Below are positions 1-10,052 of a stretch of 64,000 bases of DNA, piece by piece. A program made the translations under genes and the position numbers. The notes beneath the pieces are model-generated. The model worked only from the letters and a program-made list of their open reading frames with translations. It was not told the origin of the DNA and did not search any database. Where the stretch lies: assembly GCA_002419005.1 (NCBI GenBank), contig DIFF01000012.1, positions 500,241 to 564,240 on the forward strand, in the 5' to 3' direction. Within the stretch, counting starts at the first letter, position 1; every line of letters starts with the position of its first letter. Source of the DNA: Peptococcaceae bacterium UBA5755 (GTDB lineage: Bacteria; Bacillota; Dehalobacteriia; UBA4068; UBA5755).

Positions 1-690
1 TGCTTATTTCCTTTAGACAAATCTTCAATATAATAAGCAGAATCACTCAATGTGGCTTTGCCCCCTGAATAGGAAACCTTTTTTAAGTGAGTAAAACTGC
101 TATAATCAGGCACAACAACTGGCTCGGCTGGTGTATTATTAACACGCCTAACAATATTGTCATCACTTTCCGCTGCTCCGGATAGTAAAATATCTTCGGC
201 ACTTGGCACATCTGCTTCGAGGTTAACCATATCATCCGCGTCATGGTAAATTTCCATTTGTGTAAGATCAAATTCATCCTGATCTTCGCCGGTTTGTCTG
301 ATTCCGGTAAAAACATCATAATAAGTACGTTTGGTCATTTTTAATGATACCGTGCGCTTAACTTGGTCAACCTCTCCTTCGGAACTAATCAAAATGGTCG
401 CTGCATCAGGTTTTTCGAAGGCAGCCTGGAAGGCACCTTTCCCTAAATCACCCGAGATGACACCAGATATGGTAGAGTTGCTGTCAGCAAGAAAATATTG
501 CGCTGTAATATCAGCTCCGGAACGGGCAATATACTCGGCCTGCATTTTTTTCTCACTGTCTGTCGAAAAAGTCCTTTCGGAATTTCCCAAAACCAATGCT
601 GTTTTACCTAATATCATAAGCACAACCATAATTATAATCACAAAAACAAGTGCTGCACCTTTGTTATTGGACATTATTTTCCTTATCATG
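1..690 (-). CDS. PilX_N-like minor pilin / pilus-associated protein, paralog 1. The 5' part of the gene (N-terminal ~230 aa) is shown; the C-terminus runs off the window edge.
   Basis: The reverse complement from ATG 690 reads MIRKIMSNNKGAALVFVIIIMVVLMILGKTALVLGNSE..., a hydrophobic PilX_N-type N-terminus. It is about 90% nt identical and collinear with 1251..1940 (678 nt, no indels), and the RBS is GGGAGGGGTG. Confidence 0.6.
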
Positions 691-806
691 ATATCACCCC
701 TCCTTTGCTCTTATTAAATTATACCTCAATTCTACTAATTTTCATATCTAATCTACTAAAATAATACCAAAAATTAATTTCACCCGCAATACTGCTGAAA
801 TCATAG

Positions 807-1940
807 TTATTTATAATATTCTCTTTTGGTATAGCCCAGGTTAACATTCGTCTCAATATCGTCAGTTAAAGGAACATAATAAAACACTCCGTGTGGTCCG
901 TTAGGATTTCCTCTGTCAATAATTTCGCCAATCATTGCTCCTCGTATGATTGTCTGGTCTGATTGAATTTCCAGCGTGGCATCTGGCCCATATATATATG
1001 CGGTTACATCTGCATTAGACTGAAACCCTAAAATGGCTCCCGCTTCCAAATAGATAAACAATGTACCCCCGCCACCAGCATTTACATAGATAGGATTATC
1101 TATCGTACTTTCAGTACCGCTATTTCGGATATATAAGTGAACAACTCCTCCCCCGGTAATGCTGACCTGACCTTCAGAACCCCCAAAATCAAGCGAGTCA
1201 ACCACCATGGTCATTTCTCCATTTACATCTCCGGTATCAAAGGTCAAATATTCATTATTTACTTTAGACAAATCTTCAATGTAATAAGCAGGGTCACTTA
1301 ATACGGCTACCCCACCCACATAGGAAACCTGCGATAATTGAGTAAAACTGCTATAATCAGGCACAACAACTGGCTCGGCTGGTGTATCGTTGACACGCCT
1401 AACAATATTGTCATCACTTTCCGCTGCTCCGGATAGTAAAATATCTTCGGCACTTGGTAAATTTGCTTCGAGGTTAACCATATCATCTGCGTCATGGTAG
1501 ATTTCCAGTTGCGTAAGATCAAATTCATCCTGATTTTCGCTGGTCTGTCTGATTCCGGTAAAAACATCATAATAAGTACGTTTGGTCAATTTTAATGCTA
1601 CCATGCGCTTAACCTGATCAACTTCTCCTTCGGAACTGATCAAAATGGTCGCTGCATCGGGTTTTTCGAAGGCAGCCTGGAAGGAACCTTTCCCTAAATC
1701 GCCCGAGATTACACCAGATATGGTAGAATTGCTGTCAACAAGAAAATATTGCGCTGTAATATCAGCTCCGGAACGGGCAATATACTCGGCCTGCATTTTT
1801 TTCTCACTGTCTGTCGAAAAAGTCCTTTCGGAATTTCCCAAAACCAATGCTGTTTTACCTAATATCATAAGCACAACCATAATTATAATCACAAAAACAA
1901 ATGCTGCACCTCTGTTATCACACATTAGTTTCTTTATCAT
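807..1940 (-). CDS. PilX N-terminal-domain pilus-associated protein (377 aa), paralog 2
   Basis: The N-terminus MIKKLMCDNRGAAFVFVIIIMVVLMILGKTALVLGNSE is typical of Firmicute PilX_N minor pilin / tip proteins. A GGGAGGGTG RBS precedes ATG 1940. The gene lies at the end of the pilB-pilT operon. Confidence 0.65.
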   Translation of the reverse strand: MIKKLMCDNRGAAFVFVIIIMVVLMILGKTALVLGNSERTFSTDSEKKMQAEYIARSGADITAQYFLVDSNSTISGVISGDLGKGSFQAAFEKPDAATILISSEGEVDQVKRMVALKLTKRTYYDVFTGIRQTSENQDEFDLTQLEIYHDADDMVNLEANLPSAEDILLSGAAESDDNIVRRVNDTPAEPVVVPDYSSFTQLSQVSYVGGVAVLSDPAYYIEDLSKVNNEYLTFDTGDVNGEMTMVVDSLDFGGSEGQVSITGGGVVHLYIRNSGTESTIDNPIYVNAGGGGTLFIYLEAGAILGFQSNADVTAYIYGPDATLEIQSDQTIIRGAMIGEIIDRGNPNGPHGVFYYVPLTDDIETNVNLGYTKREYYK

Positions 1941-2038
1941 GATATCACCCTCCCTTTGCTATTATATTTAAATATTAAAAAGTTAAAATCCCATCTATAA
2001 TGCTTATAGATATTTTATGTATGTAAACAAGTATAAGT

Positions 2039-2743
2039 TTACTCTCCTGTTAATCCCCTCATTTTCTGAAGGCTTTTAAGTTTTATCCTTGATACCTGCT
2101 TCTGTGTCAAACCAAGCTCTTTTGCAACCTCCGCCTGGGTCATTTCTTTATGAAAAAGCCTTTCAATCACGTCTTTTTGAATACCAGTTAAATGGTATAT
2201 TAGTTGGCTTAGCAAAAGCTTATCTTCCACGGAAAGAGTAAAACTTTCTGGTTCTTTTGTTTTGATGCTGGATACCTCTAAACAGCCAAAGTGTATAAGT
2301 CCTGCACTCATCATCGGCAATATCGCTTCTGGTTGAAGGTTTAACATACCTGCCAATTCATCATTAGATACAGGTTCATCACGTTTATCAAGATTTGACA
2401 CTATGATATTATCCAGTTTTTCCTGATAAACTTCCAAATACATAGGATAATAGTATTTCCTTTCCTTCCTCACAAAGTGACGGATCTCCCCAATGATATA
2501 ATGGGAAGAATAGGTGCTGAATTTTATATTTTTTTTTATGTCAAAATTTCTGATTGCTTTTAACAGTCCTTCATAACCAGACTGGCGAATATCTTCAAAG
2601 CAGTATCCGCCACCATAAAGCTTGGCATAATGATATACAAGCCCTTTACATGCATCCATCAACACATTCAGGGATTTTTCATTTGAATCAAAAAAATACT
2701 CCTGATATATTTCATCAATATTATTAATATACTGAGTTCCCAT
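2039..2743 (-). CDS. sigma-70 family RNA polymerase sigma factor (group 3, SigF/SigB/FliA-like)
   Basis: 234 aa. The region 2 signature is FDIKKNIKFSTYSSHYIIGEIRHFVRKE. The C-terminal region 4 HTH is MTQAEVAKELGLTQKQVSRIKLKSLQKMRG. Confidence 0.75.
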   Translation of the reverse strand: MGTQYINNIDEIYQEYFFDSNEKSLNVLMDACKGLVYHYAKLYGGGYCFEDIRQSGYEGLLKAIRNFDIKKNIKFSTYSSHYIIGEIRHFVRKERKYYYPMYLEVYQEKLDNIIVSNLDKRDEPVSNDELAGMLNLQPEAILPMMSAGLIHFGCLEVSSIKTKEPESFTLSVEDKLLLSQLIYHLTGIQKDVIERLFHKEMTQAEVAKELGLTQKQVSRIKLKSLQKMRGLTGE

Positions 2744-2785
2744 TAAGCGACCCCTTACATTATTACATAATTTAGAATATAATTT

Positions 2786-3850
2786 TTACAACATGGTCAT
2801 ATATCTTTTAAAAATTTCCGGATCCACACATCTCACATAGGCTTCTTCACTGGTAATGATCTTTGATTTGGCTAATTGAGCCAGTGAATAGTCCATGGGC
2901 ATCATGCCATTTTTTATATTTGTCTGCAGAACGGTGTCTATCTGGTGGTTTTTCCCTTCACGGATCAGGTTTCTGATAGCATCATTAACTACCAGCACTT
3001 CCATAGCGGGAACAACCATCTTCCCATCCGATGATTTTATAAGCTGTTGGCACACGATACCCTGAAGGATCGCAGAAAGCTGGGTTCGGACTTGCTGCTG
3101 CTGGTGAGGTGGAAATGTATCTATAATTCTGTCAACGGTTTGGGCCGCTGTAGTAGTATGCAAGGTGGACATAACAAAGTGTCCCGTTTCAGCTGCGGAT
3201 ATGGCAGTGGAAATGGTTTCGTAGTCACGCATCTCCCCTACCATAATAACATCAGGGTCCTCACGTAGGGCAGCTCTTAATGCATTAGCAAAGCTTTGAG
3301 AGTCGCTTCCTATTTCTCTTTGATTGATCATGCATTTATTATGCTTGTGCATATATTCTATAGGATCTTCAATGGTAAGTATGTGGCACTGGCGATTACT
3401 ATTGATGTGCCCTACCATGGCGGCCAAAGTTGTTGACTTGCCGGAGCCTGTTGGTCCTGTTACCAAAAACATACCCCTGGGCTTTAAGGCTAGGGTGTTC
3501 AGTATAGGCGGCAATTTAAGTTCCTCAACCGTAGGAATTTTAGTGTTGATCATTCTTAAGGCAGCGGTACAGCTTCCCCTTTGCTTGTAAACGTTAACTC
3601 TGTAACGGCTTGTATTAGGCAATGCCCAGGAAAAATCCACTTCGCCTTTCGTTTCGAAGACTCCCTTTTTTTCCTCATTCATTAGATAATAGCAGATATC
3701 TTTTGTTTCATCTGGTGTAAGTATGCTATCTCCATAAGGAACAAGCTCCCCTCTGATTCGTAATATGGGTGGTTTAGCTACAGTAATATGGATATCGGAT
3801 GCTTTTAATTCGATAGCCCGGAGCAGAATTTCCATAAAATTATATGACAC
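2786..3850 (-). CDS. pilT: type IV pilus retraction ATPase PilT
   Basis: 354 aa with Walker A GPTGSGKST and an Asp box DPIEY. The N-terminus is similar to PilT (ASDIHI). Confidence 0.9.
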   Translation of the reverse strand: MSYNFMEILLRAIELKASDIHITVAKPPILRIRGELVPYGDSILTPDETKDICYYLMNEEKKGVFETKGEVDFSWALPNTSRYRVNVYKQRGSCTAALRMINTKIPTVEELKLPPILNTLALKPRGMFLVTGPTGSGKSTTLAAMVGHINSNRQCHILTIEDPIEYMHKHNKCMINQREIGSDSQSFANALRAALREDPDVIMVGEMRDYETISTAISAAETGHFVMSTLHTTTAAQTVDRIIDTFPPHQQQQVRTQLSAILQGIVCQQLIKSSDGKMVVPAMEVLVVNDAIRNLIREGKNHQIDTVLQTNIKNGMMPMDYSLAQLAKSKIITSEEAYVRCVDPEIFKRYMTML

Positions 3851-3978
3851 AATATCACTTCCTTTTCTATTGTAAAAATTACTATAATAAATTCATTAGT
3901 ACTTAAAAGTTTGTATATTATTTATATCCCAATATAAAATTTAAACTTTTTAATTTATAGATGACAATTATACTATTT

Positions 3979-5658
3979 TTAATCTATACTATATGTAACC
4001 TTAATTAACTCATCCACAGAGGTAATTCCGTTTAAAACTAGTTCAGTGCAGCTCTGCTGTAAAGTAGTGGTGCCCTGCCTGATAGCCATCTGTTCAATCT
4101 GATCTGTAGATGCCCTTCTATTTACGAGCTCCCTGATTTCTTTGGTAACAACAAGCACCTCATGAATACCCGTTCTGCCTTTATACCCGGTAAAATTACA
4201 GGTAGGGCAGCCGGCCCCTTTGTAAAGCGGCACAGGTTCTTTCATTTTCAGCAGGAGCATTTCATCATGGGAAGGCCTGTAAGAGGTTTTACACCTTGGG
4301 CATATATTTCGGACAAGACGCTGGGCTACTACCCCTACAATGGAGGAAGAAACCAGGTAAGGCTCAATACCCATATCCACTAAACGGGCTACTGATGAGG
4401 CTGCGTCATTTGTGTGGATGGTGCTAAGCACCAAGTGGCCTGTTATGGAAGCACGAATAGCAATTTCTGCTGTTTCTGGGTCGCGTATTTCACCGATCAT
4501 GATAATGTCCGGATCCTGCCGTAAAATAGAACGGAGACCACTAGCAAAGGTTAGTCCAGCCTTCACATTTACCTGAACCTGATTAATACCTTCCAGTCTG
4601 TATTCAACAGGATCCTCAACGGTAATAATGTTTACTTCCGGTTTATTCAGTTCTTTTAGTAATGTATATAAAGTGGTGGTTTTGCCGGAACCGGTGGGCC
4701 CTGATACTAGTATTATACCATTAGGGCTTTTGGTTATTTTGTCAAATAATGACATGTTGGATTCAGAAATCCCCAAATGTTTCCTTCCAAGGACAACAGT
4801 TTGACCTCCAAGAACACGAATTACAATTTTTTCACCATATACTGTTGGCAGAAGGGATACCCGAAGATCCACATCCTTTCCATCGACGACGGTTTCAACA
4901 CGACCATCCTGAGGGAGCCTCTTTTCAGCTATGTCCATACCACTCATAATTTTTATTCTTGTTGAAATAGCTGGATGGGCTGACATGGATGAGGTCATAA
5001 CCTCTTGGAGCTGACCATCAATTCTAAAGCGGACCTTCAGTTCTGTGGCTGTGGGTTCTATATGAATATCACTGGCATTGGATTTGATAGCATGCTGCAG
5101 CAGAGAATTAATTAAGCGGACAACAGGTGCATTAGCCACTTCGCTTTCAGAAATCTCATTCAGACCTGCTATGTTCAGCTTCCCATATTCACGCTGCAAA
5201 TCCTCAAAGGCCTTCTCTGCTATTTCACTACCATAGTATCTGTCAATTGCATTAGTAATATCTTTTTTGGGAGAAATAGCCACACTGATTTCCATTCCTG
5301 TAGCATTTCTTATGTCATCCAAAGCATAAAAGTTTAGAGGGTCTGACATGACTACTGTCAGTACCTTCCCTTCCTTTTTAATAGGAATCATGTTGTGCTT
5401 CTTCGCTAAATCACCAGAAATTGTACTGGTTGCTTCTTTATCTATTACAATTGTTGTTATGTCTATATAAGGAATATGAAAGAGATACTCGAGACCTTTG
5501 TAAAGAGTCTTTTCGTCTATATAGCCCAATTGAACAAGCGTCTCTCCTAAAACAGTATTATTCCCTTTAGATACCAGCATGCCTTCTTCAAATTGAGCCT
5601 GCGTAATGGCTCCGGCTTCTATGAGTATTTCCCCTAATTTTTTTTGTTTTGCACCCAT
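3979..5658 (-). CDS. pilB: type IV pilus assembly ATPase PilB (GspE family)
   Basis: 559 aa with an N-terminal T2SSE_N-like domain (LGEILIEAGAITQAQFEEG), Walker A GPTGSGKTTT and a tetracysteine CPRC...CPTC motif. Confidence 0.9.
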   Translation of the reverse strand: MGAKQKKLGEILIEAGAITQAQFEEGMLVSKGNNTVLGETLVQLGYIDEKTLYKGLEYLFHIPYIDITTIVIDKEATSTISGDLAKKHNMIPIKKEGKVLTVVMSDPLNFYALDDIRNATGMEISVAISPKKDITNAIDRYYGSEIAEKAFEDLQREYGKLNIAGLNEISESEVANAPVVRLINSLLQHAIKSNASDIHIEPTATELKVRFRIDGQLQEVMTSSMSAHPAISTRIKIMSGMDIAEKRLPQDGRVETVVDGKDVDLRVSLLPTVYGEKIVIRVLGGQTVVLGRKHLGISESNMSLFDKITKSPNGIILVSGPTGSGKTTTLYTLLKELNKPEVNIITVEDPVEYRLEGINQVQVNVKAGLTFASGLRSILRQDPDIIMIGEIRDPETAEIAIRASITGHLVLSTIHTNDAASSVARLVDMGIEPYLVSSSIVGVVAQRLVRNICPRCKTSYRPSHDEMLLLKMKEPVPLYKGAGCPTCNFTGYKGRTGIHEVLVVTKEIRELVNRRASTDQIEQMAIRQGTTTLQQSCTELVLNGITSVDELIKVTYSID

Positions 5659-5779
5659 ATACTTATCTCCACCTTGAATAATTATAATTTTATGATAATA
5701 ATTAATATAGATTAGCTTAGTTTGTTTCTATTTTAAATTTTTACTGTTAAGTATAAAGTAAAAGCAAAGGTGGTTCATT

Positions 5780-6547
5780 ATGATTATAATAGCAACCCCG
5801 GTTCTGATTTTTATTTTTGGTCTTCTTATTGGCAGTTTTCTCAATGTCTGCATCTTCCGAATCCCTCTTAAGAAAACGATTGTAAAGGGACGTTCTTACT
5901 GTCCTTCCTGTAACTCGCCGATCCCATGGTACTGCAACATACCTTTGTTCAGCTACATATTTTTAAAAGGCCGCTGCCGTAACTGCAAAGAAAAAATATC
6001 TCTGATCTATCCCACAGTGGAGCTTTTAAACGCTGTGCTATATCTTCTGATCTGGAAAGTCTACGGATTGACTGTACCGGCTATATTTTTTGCCGCCCTT
6101 TTTTCTATTTTAGTCATCATATCCTTCATTGATTTTAAATATCAGATCATACCCGATGGACTTGTCCTTACAATTTTAATTTTAGGTGTTGCCAACGGAA
6201 TTTATCAGACCACTGTTTTAAATGTCCCCTGGTATAATTGGGTTGTCGGGTTTTTCGCCGCTTCAGTACCCCTATTGATTCTTGGCTTGATTTTCCCAGA
6301 GGGCATGGGCGGCGGAGATATTAAACTAATGGCGGCTACCGGTCTTTTTATAGGTTGGAAGCTAATTCTCCTCTCTCTATTTATTGGTGCCCTCTACGGC
6401 GGGATCGTATCAATATTTGTCATACTTGTTAAAAAAGGTTCTCTGAAGACAGCCTTACCTTTTGGTCCAATGCTGTCTTTGGGTATCGTTACCTGTGTAC
6501 TTACTGGCAATCAACTGCTATCCTGGTATCTTTCAATCTTCCTTTAA
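5780..6547 (+). CDS. pilD: prepilin peptidase PilD (A24 family)
   Basis: 255 aa polytopic membrane protein. It carries the N-terminal Zn motif CPSCNSP...CRNCKEK and the catalytic Asp-containing segments GGGDIKL. The RBS is GGTGG. Confidence 0.9.
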   Translation: MIIIATPVLIFIFGLLIGSFLNVCIFRIPLKKTIVKGRSYCPSCNSPIPWYCNIPLFSYIFLKGRCRNCKEKISLIYPTVELLNAVLYLLIWKVYGLTVPAIFFAALFSILVIISFIDFKYQIIPDGLVLTILILGVANGIYQTTVLNVPWYNWVVGFFAASVPLLILGLIFPEGMGGGDIKLMAATGLFIGWKLILLSLFIGALYGGIVSIFVILVKKGSLKTALPFGPMLSLGIVTCVLTGNQLLSWYLSIFL

Positions 6548-7854
6548 AGAGCCTTTTTTTTAACTCTTTTTCTGATCTTTGCCAGTTGTTTTGTACGCAT
6601 ATCTGGCTCCAGACCAATTTTAATGTCCAGCATTTCATTTATATACAGAACATCAATGCCTTCATAGCTAAGTTTTACACAGGGCTCCTCTATTTCCTCT
6701 ATGATGAAATCCCTGGCAGTGAGATTCTTTTTATCCAAAAGTATAAAGGATGGCAAATAGGGCTTCGGCTTTTCCTCCCCTGTTTCTAGTGACCAAGCTG
6801 CTTCATTTTCCTTGCTCATCTTCCATTTTACCATTTCCTCTTCAAATGCTGACTTTTCATAAAAAGACGAGTAGGGATTAGTTGAGATATCGGCTATTAC
6901 AATGTCACCAAAATCAATGACTAGCAGGTTTTCTTCCTTGATTTCATAGCTGCTTCTTACCTGATTATAATATTTTCTCAAAACAATAAATTTTTTGGGA
7001 AATTCGCTGGAATGAAGTTTCAGCTGATAAAGGTAGCACCACTGGGCAAATTTATCTCTTAATTCGGTATTATAAAATTCCCAATCAGGTGAAATATATG
7101 GCTGACCTATTTTATGCATAATTGCTAGATTTATCTCATCATTAAATTCAACAATGCTAAAGGATGAAAGATAATTAGCTATAAGCTCATGCAGCCGGTC
7201 TTCAGTGTGGTGCTCTATCGCATTTATTATCCACTTGCGATTGTTCATAAGCCCCTCTTTAGATGTATTTCCTAAATAAGCTATCACCACTTCTTCTGCA
7301 AATGGGCTCTGATTGCTAATACTAAAGGCCCGAAAGGACTCATCAATATCCATTTTGTATTCATTAATGGCTGCACAAGAGGCAGCTATTTTGTTTTTTT
7401 CAGCCCCAAATCTTCTGACAAAAGCAGCTTCCCGTGAGGTGTCATTTTTTTCTTCTGTTTTTTGGGCGACCTCTTTTAATACAAAAATTAGCCCTGCTGA
7501 CATAAAATTATACTGATACAATATTGTCAGCAGTTTTAAAATTCTTGGGGAAATTCTGATGGCCAGGATCTCAGATGCTCTTTGAATTTCATCAGAATCT
7601 GCCGCATTCGGAAGATCCAGTATAAGTCCCTCCAGCTCTTTTCCCTTTAGACTGACAGCGTAACCTTCGATATCAGATTTTGGCAATTTCATTGCCTCCC
7701 TCAGGACATTCAAAGGAAGAATACCCCGCTCTATAAAAGGAAATTCTTCTAGAGTAAAGAACCGGCCTCTTAAACTGTTTATAGTGGCTTTAAGGTCCGC
7801 TGGCTCAAAAGTGTTATGCAGTTGTTCACCTAAGTCGCTCATGAGCATCTCCAT
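6544..7854 (-). CDS. hypothetical soluble protein (436 aa), co-transcribed with the ZorA-like gene
   Basis: A long ORF that begins 5 nt after the stop of the upstream 730-aa gene. There is no TM segment and no recognisable catalytic motif. The start is uncertain: three in-frame ATGs fall within 15 nt. Confidence 0.5.
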   Translation of the reverse strand: MEMLMSDLGEQLHNTFEPADLKATINSLRGRFFTLEEFPFIERGILPLNVLREAMKLPKSDIEGYAVSLKGKELEGLILDLPNAADSDEIQRASEILAIRISPRILKLLTILYQYNFMSAGLIFVLKEVAQKTEEKNDTSREAAFVRRFGAEKNKIAASCAAINEYKMDIDESFRAFSISNQSPFAEEVVIAYLGNTSKEGLMNNRKWIINAIEHHTEDRLHELIANYLSSFSIVEFNDEINLAIMHKIGQPYISPDWEFYNTELRDKFAQWCYLYQLKLHSSEFPKKFIVLRKYYNQVRSSYEIKEENLLVIDFGDIVIADISTNPYSSFYEKSAFEEEMVKWKMSKENEAAWSLETGEEKPKPYLPSFILLDKKNLTARDFIIEEIEEPCVKLSYEGIDVLYINEMLDIKIGLEPDMRTKQLAKIRKRVKKKAL

Positions 7855-7859
7855 TTATT

Positions 7860-10052
7860 TTATCTCTTGCTCAATGCTTCAGGCAAGGACTCAACGGCAT
7901 CGCTGATGCTTTCGACAGTGTTAGCTATCCTCTGCGTCAGTTCCGAAAGACCGCTGTCAAATTCACTGAAGGTTACCCGTAAACCTTCTTGTATTTTGCT
8001 GCTGAATTCACCCACGGAAGCCTGAAGATTGTTTGAAAGATCTGTAATATCCATATTGATTTCCTTAGCATATAAACCAATGCTTCTAGCCTGTTCATCA
8101 AAGGATTGAAGAAGATCAACAGTATTATCCTTATACTTTTCTAATATCTCTGCATTGGCACTTGTATTTTCCTTCATCATAGCACCAATATCTTCTGTGA
8201 TTCTGGCGATGATGCCTTTCATCTGATAATCCATATCATCTAAGGTTTTAAGGGTACTGCCCTCCAAACGGGAGAAATATGTATCGTAGTCACCTCTCAG
8301 ATTCTGCGCCTGCTCTGTCAACATGCTAATGGCTTCTGCATTATCTGCCGTAGCTTCTTTAATACCATGAGCGATCTCTCTACCTGCATTCGTCATAGCT
8401 TCATTCATTCGTTCGGTGATGTTATCCATCATGTCAGAGATCATACTATTCATCTTCGTGTACTGACTCATAGTTTCGTTGACTACGGCTTCCAAATTGG
8501 CCTGGGATAGTTTTATGCCCTCCGACATTCTGATCTGTGTTTCGTTGGTTTCCTTAGTAAATTTGAAAGCATCATTGCTGAAGGTTACGGTCTGTTCCGT
8601 GAGCTTGTCAACCGTATCGGCCATCATCTGTACATGCTGATTTAGGATCTGATTGTTTTCAACAGCTTTGCTTTGGATTTCTTTGGTCTGTGCAATAGTC
8701 ATCTCCTGAACTTCAGCAGAATTGATTAGGATTTTTGCCGATTCCTCAAAAACATTACGCTGTTCATTCAGCATAACTGACAGATTTTCAATATTAGTTG
8801 CAAGTTTTATATTAAGCTCACCCATCAGGGTTTGGATATTCCCGATCTCCTGATTTAAACTAGTTACATTGTTATGCAAGGTACAAGTGAGTGATTCAGT
8901 AAAAGATGTAGTAATAGCTATCATCTGCTGGTTTTGCTGGTCGATTGTATTAGCAATATGCTCATCCTGGAGGGCTATAGAATTGGCTGTTTGCTCTTTT
9001 TGCAGCTCAATACTGCTTTTAGTGGTCTCCATCAGCTCCGCAACATGCTTACCAAGGCTTAAATTAAGCTCTTCCATTTGACCTTGTACATTACTAACGG
9101 TTATAGCAAGGCTAAACATCTTTTGTTCTAAAGCTTCGATTAGCCGGTCTGCAAAAGCTGCTGTCATGCGCTCCATACCATTTTCCTGAAGCTCCAGTGT
9201 CTTGTTCATGGTTTTATCGAGTGTTTTTTCAATATTTTGCAAGGCTGGAACCAGATTGCTGCGCACGATGATCTCAACAGAATTTTCCAAGACAGGAAGC
9301 AAGACATCATCAACAATAGTATCAAACTTTTCTACTATTTTTTGGGTTGCTGCCTGGTATGCTTCCTGATTTTTCTGGGTAGCTTCTAAAAGCATAGCAA
9401 CCTCTGCTTTTGCAACAGGGAGCACTCTGTTAAAGGTATCAATAAACCTATGGTACTCCGTTTTTGTACTAAAATACATTTTTTGGTCCCGCATGGTAAA
9501 AATAAGCTCACCAAGACAAAGGAGTATAAAAAGAACACCTCCAAGGGCTAAAGCATCAAATATAGCTCTTGGCTGAACAAAGTAAGCTAATCCAACCGGC
9601 AAAACAAGGGTAACAAGACTGAGGATCCAAAAGCTTTTCCACAGGGAATTTAACCTGCTTCTGCAGCCCGGGACTTCTACCATAGCATCAAAATCATAAA
9701 AGGACTGGCCATCAGGGATGAATTCCCCTTTATAGTTTTTTTCTAGCTGCATCAGCATCCTCAGCCAAGCTTCCAGAAAATATGGGGGCGCCATTCTAAC
9801 TACCATCTCATCCATAAAAAAGATGTTTTCTCTTTTACAGTCTTTTATTTTTGCTCCATCGTCGGCCAACCTTTTAAACGATTTGCCAATTTTCTTTAGT
9901 TTTCCCGTATCATATTGTGAGTAAAAAACAGCCCACATAATAATGGCAATTAAAACAGGCACCAATGCCGCAATATATACGACCGGTTCAAGTGTTGTAA
10001 TAATAGAAACCAGTGACAGATTCATCTGGCAACTCCTCCCCAAAATTGGCAA
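7860..10052 (-). CDS. membrane protein with a TolQ/ExbB/MotA-like 3-TM N-terminal domain and a ~540-aa coiled-coil tail (ZorA-like architecture)
   Basis: The likely true start is ATG 10025, preceded by GGGGAGGAG. The N-terminal TM helix is followed by a ~95-aa loop and two adjacent TM helices with motifs LPVGLAYFVQP and FDALALGGVLFILLCLGELIF. The remainder is heptad-rich and Q/E/N/T-rich with no catalytic motifs. Confidence 0.55.
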   Translation of the reverse strand: MPILGRSCQMNLSLVSIITTLEPVVYIAALVPVLIAIIMWAVFYSQYDTGKLKKIGKSFKRLADDGAKIKDCKRENIFFMDEMVVRMAPPYFLEAWLRMLMQLEKNYKGEFIPDGQSFYDFDAMVEVPGCRSRLNSLWKSFWILSLVTLVLPVGLAYFVQPRAIFDALALGGVLFILLCLGELIFTMRDQKMYFSTKTEYHRFIDTFNRVLPVAKAEVAMLLEATQKNQEAYQAATQKIVEKFDTIVDDVLLPVLENSVEIIVRSNLVPALQNIEKTLDKTMNKTLELQENGMERMTAAFADRLIEALEQKMFSLAITVSNVQGQMEELNLSLGKHVAELMETTKSSIELQKEQTANSIALQDEHIANTIDQQNQQMIAITTSFTESLTCTLHNNVTSLNQEIGNIQTLMGELNIKLATNIENLSVMLNEQRNVFEESAKILINSAEVQEMTIAQTKEIQSKAVENNQILNQHVQMMADTVDKLTEQTVTFSNDAFKFTKETNETQIRMSEGIKLSQANLEAVVNETMSQYTKMNSMISDMMDNITERMNEAMTNAGREIAHGIKEATADNAEAISMLTEQAQNLRGDYDTYFSRLEGSTLKTLDDMDYQMKGIIARITEDIGAMMKENTSANAEILEKYKDNTVDLLQSFDEQARSIGLYAKEINMDITDLSNNLQASVGEFSSKIQEGLRVTFSEFDSGLSELTQRIANTVESISDAVESLPEALSKR

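Noticed and set aside
331-717. The plus-strand ORFs 331..717 and 1645..1971 (128 and 108 aa) and the minus-strand alternate-frame ORFs 83..319 and 1307..1570
   Set aside because: They lie antisense to or out of frame with the longer, RBS-preceded, homology-supported PilX_N-like genes on the minus strand. They are duplicated only because the underlying DNA is duplicated.
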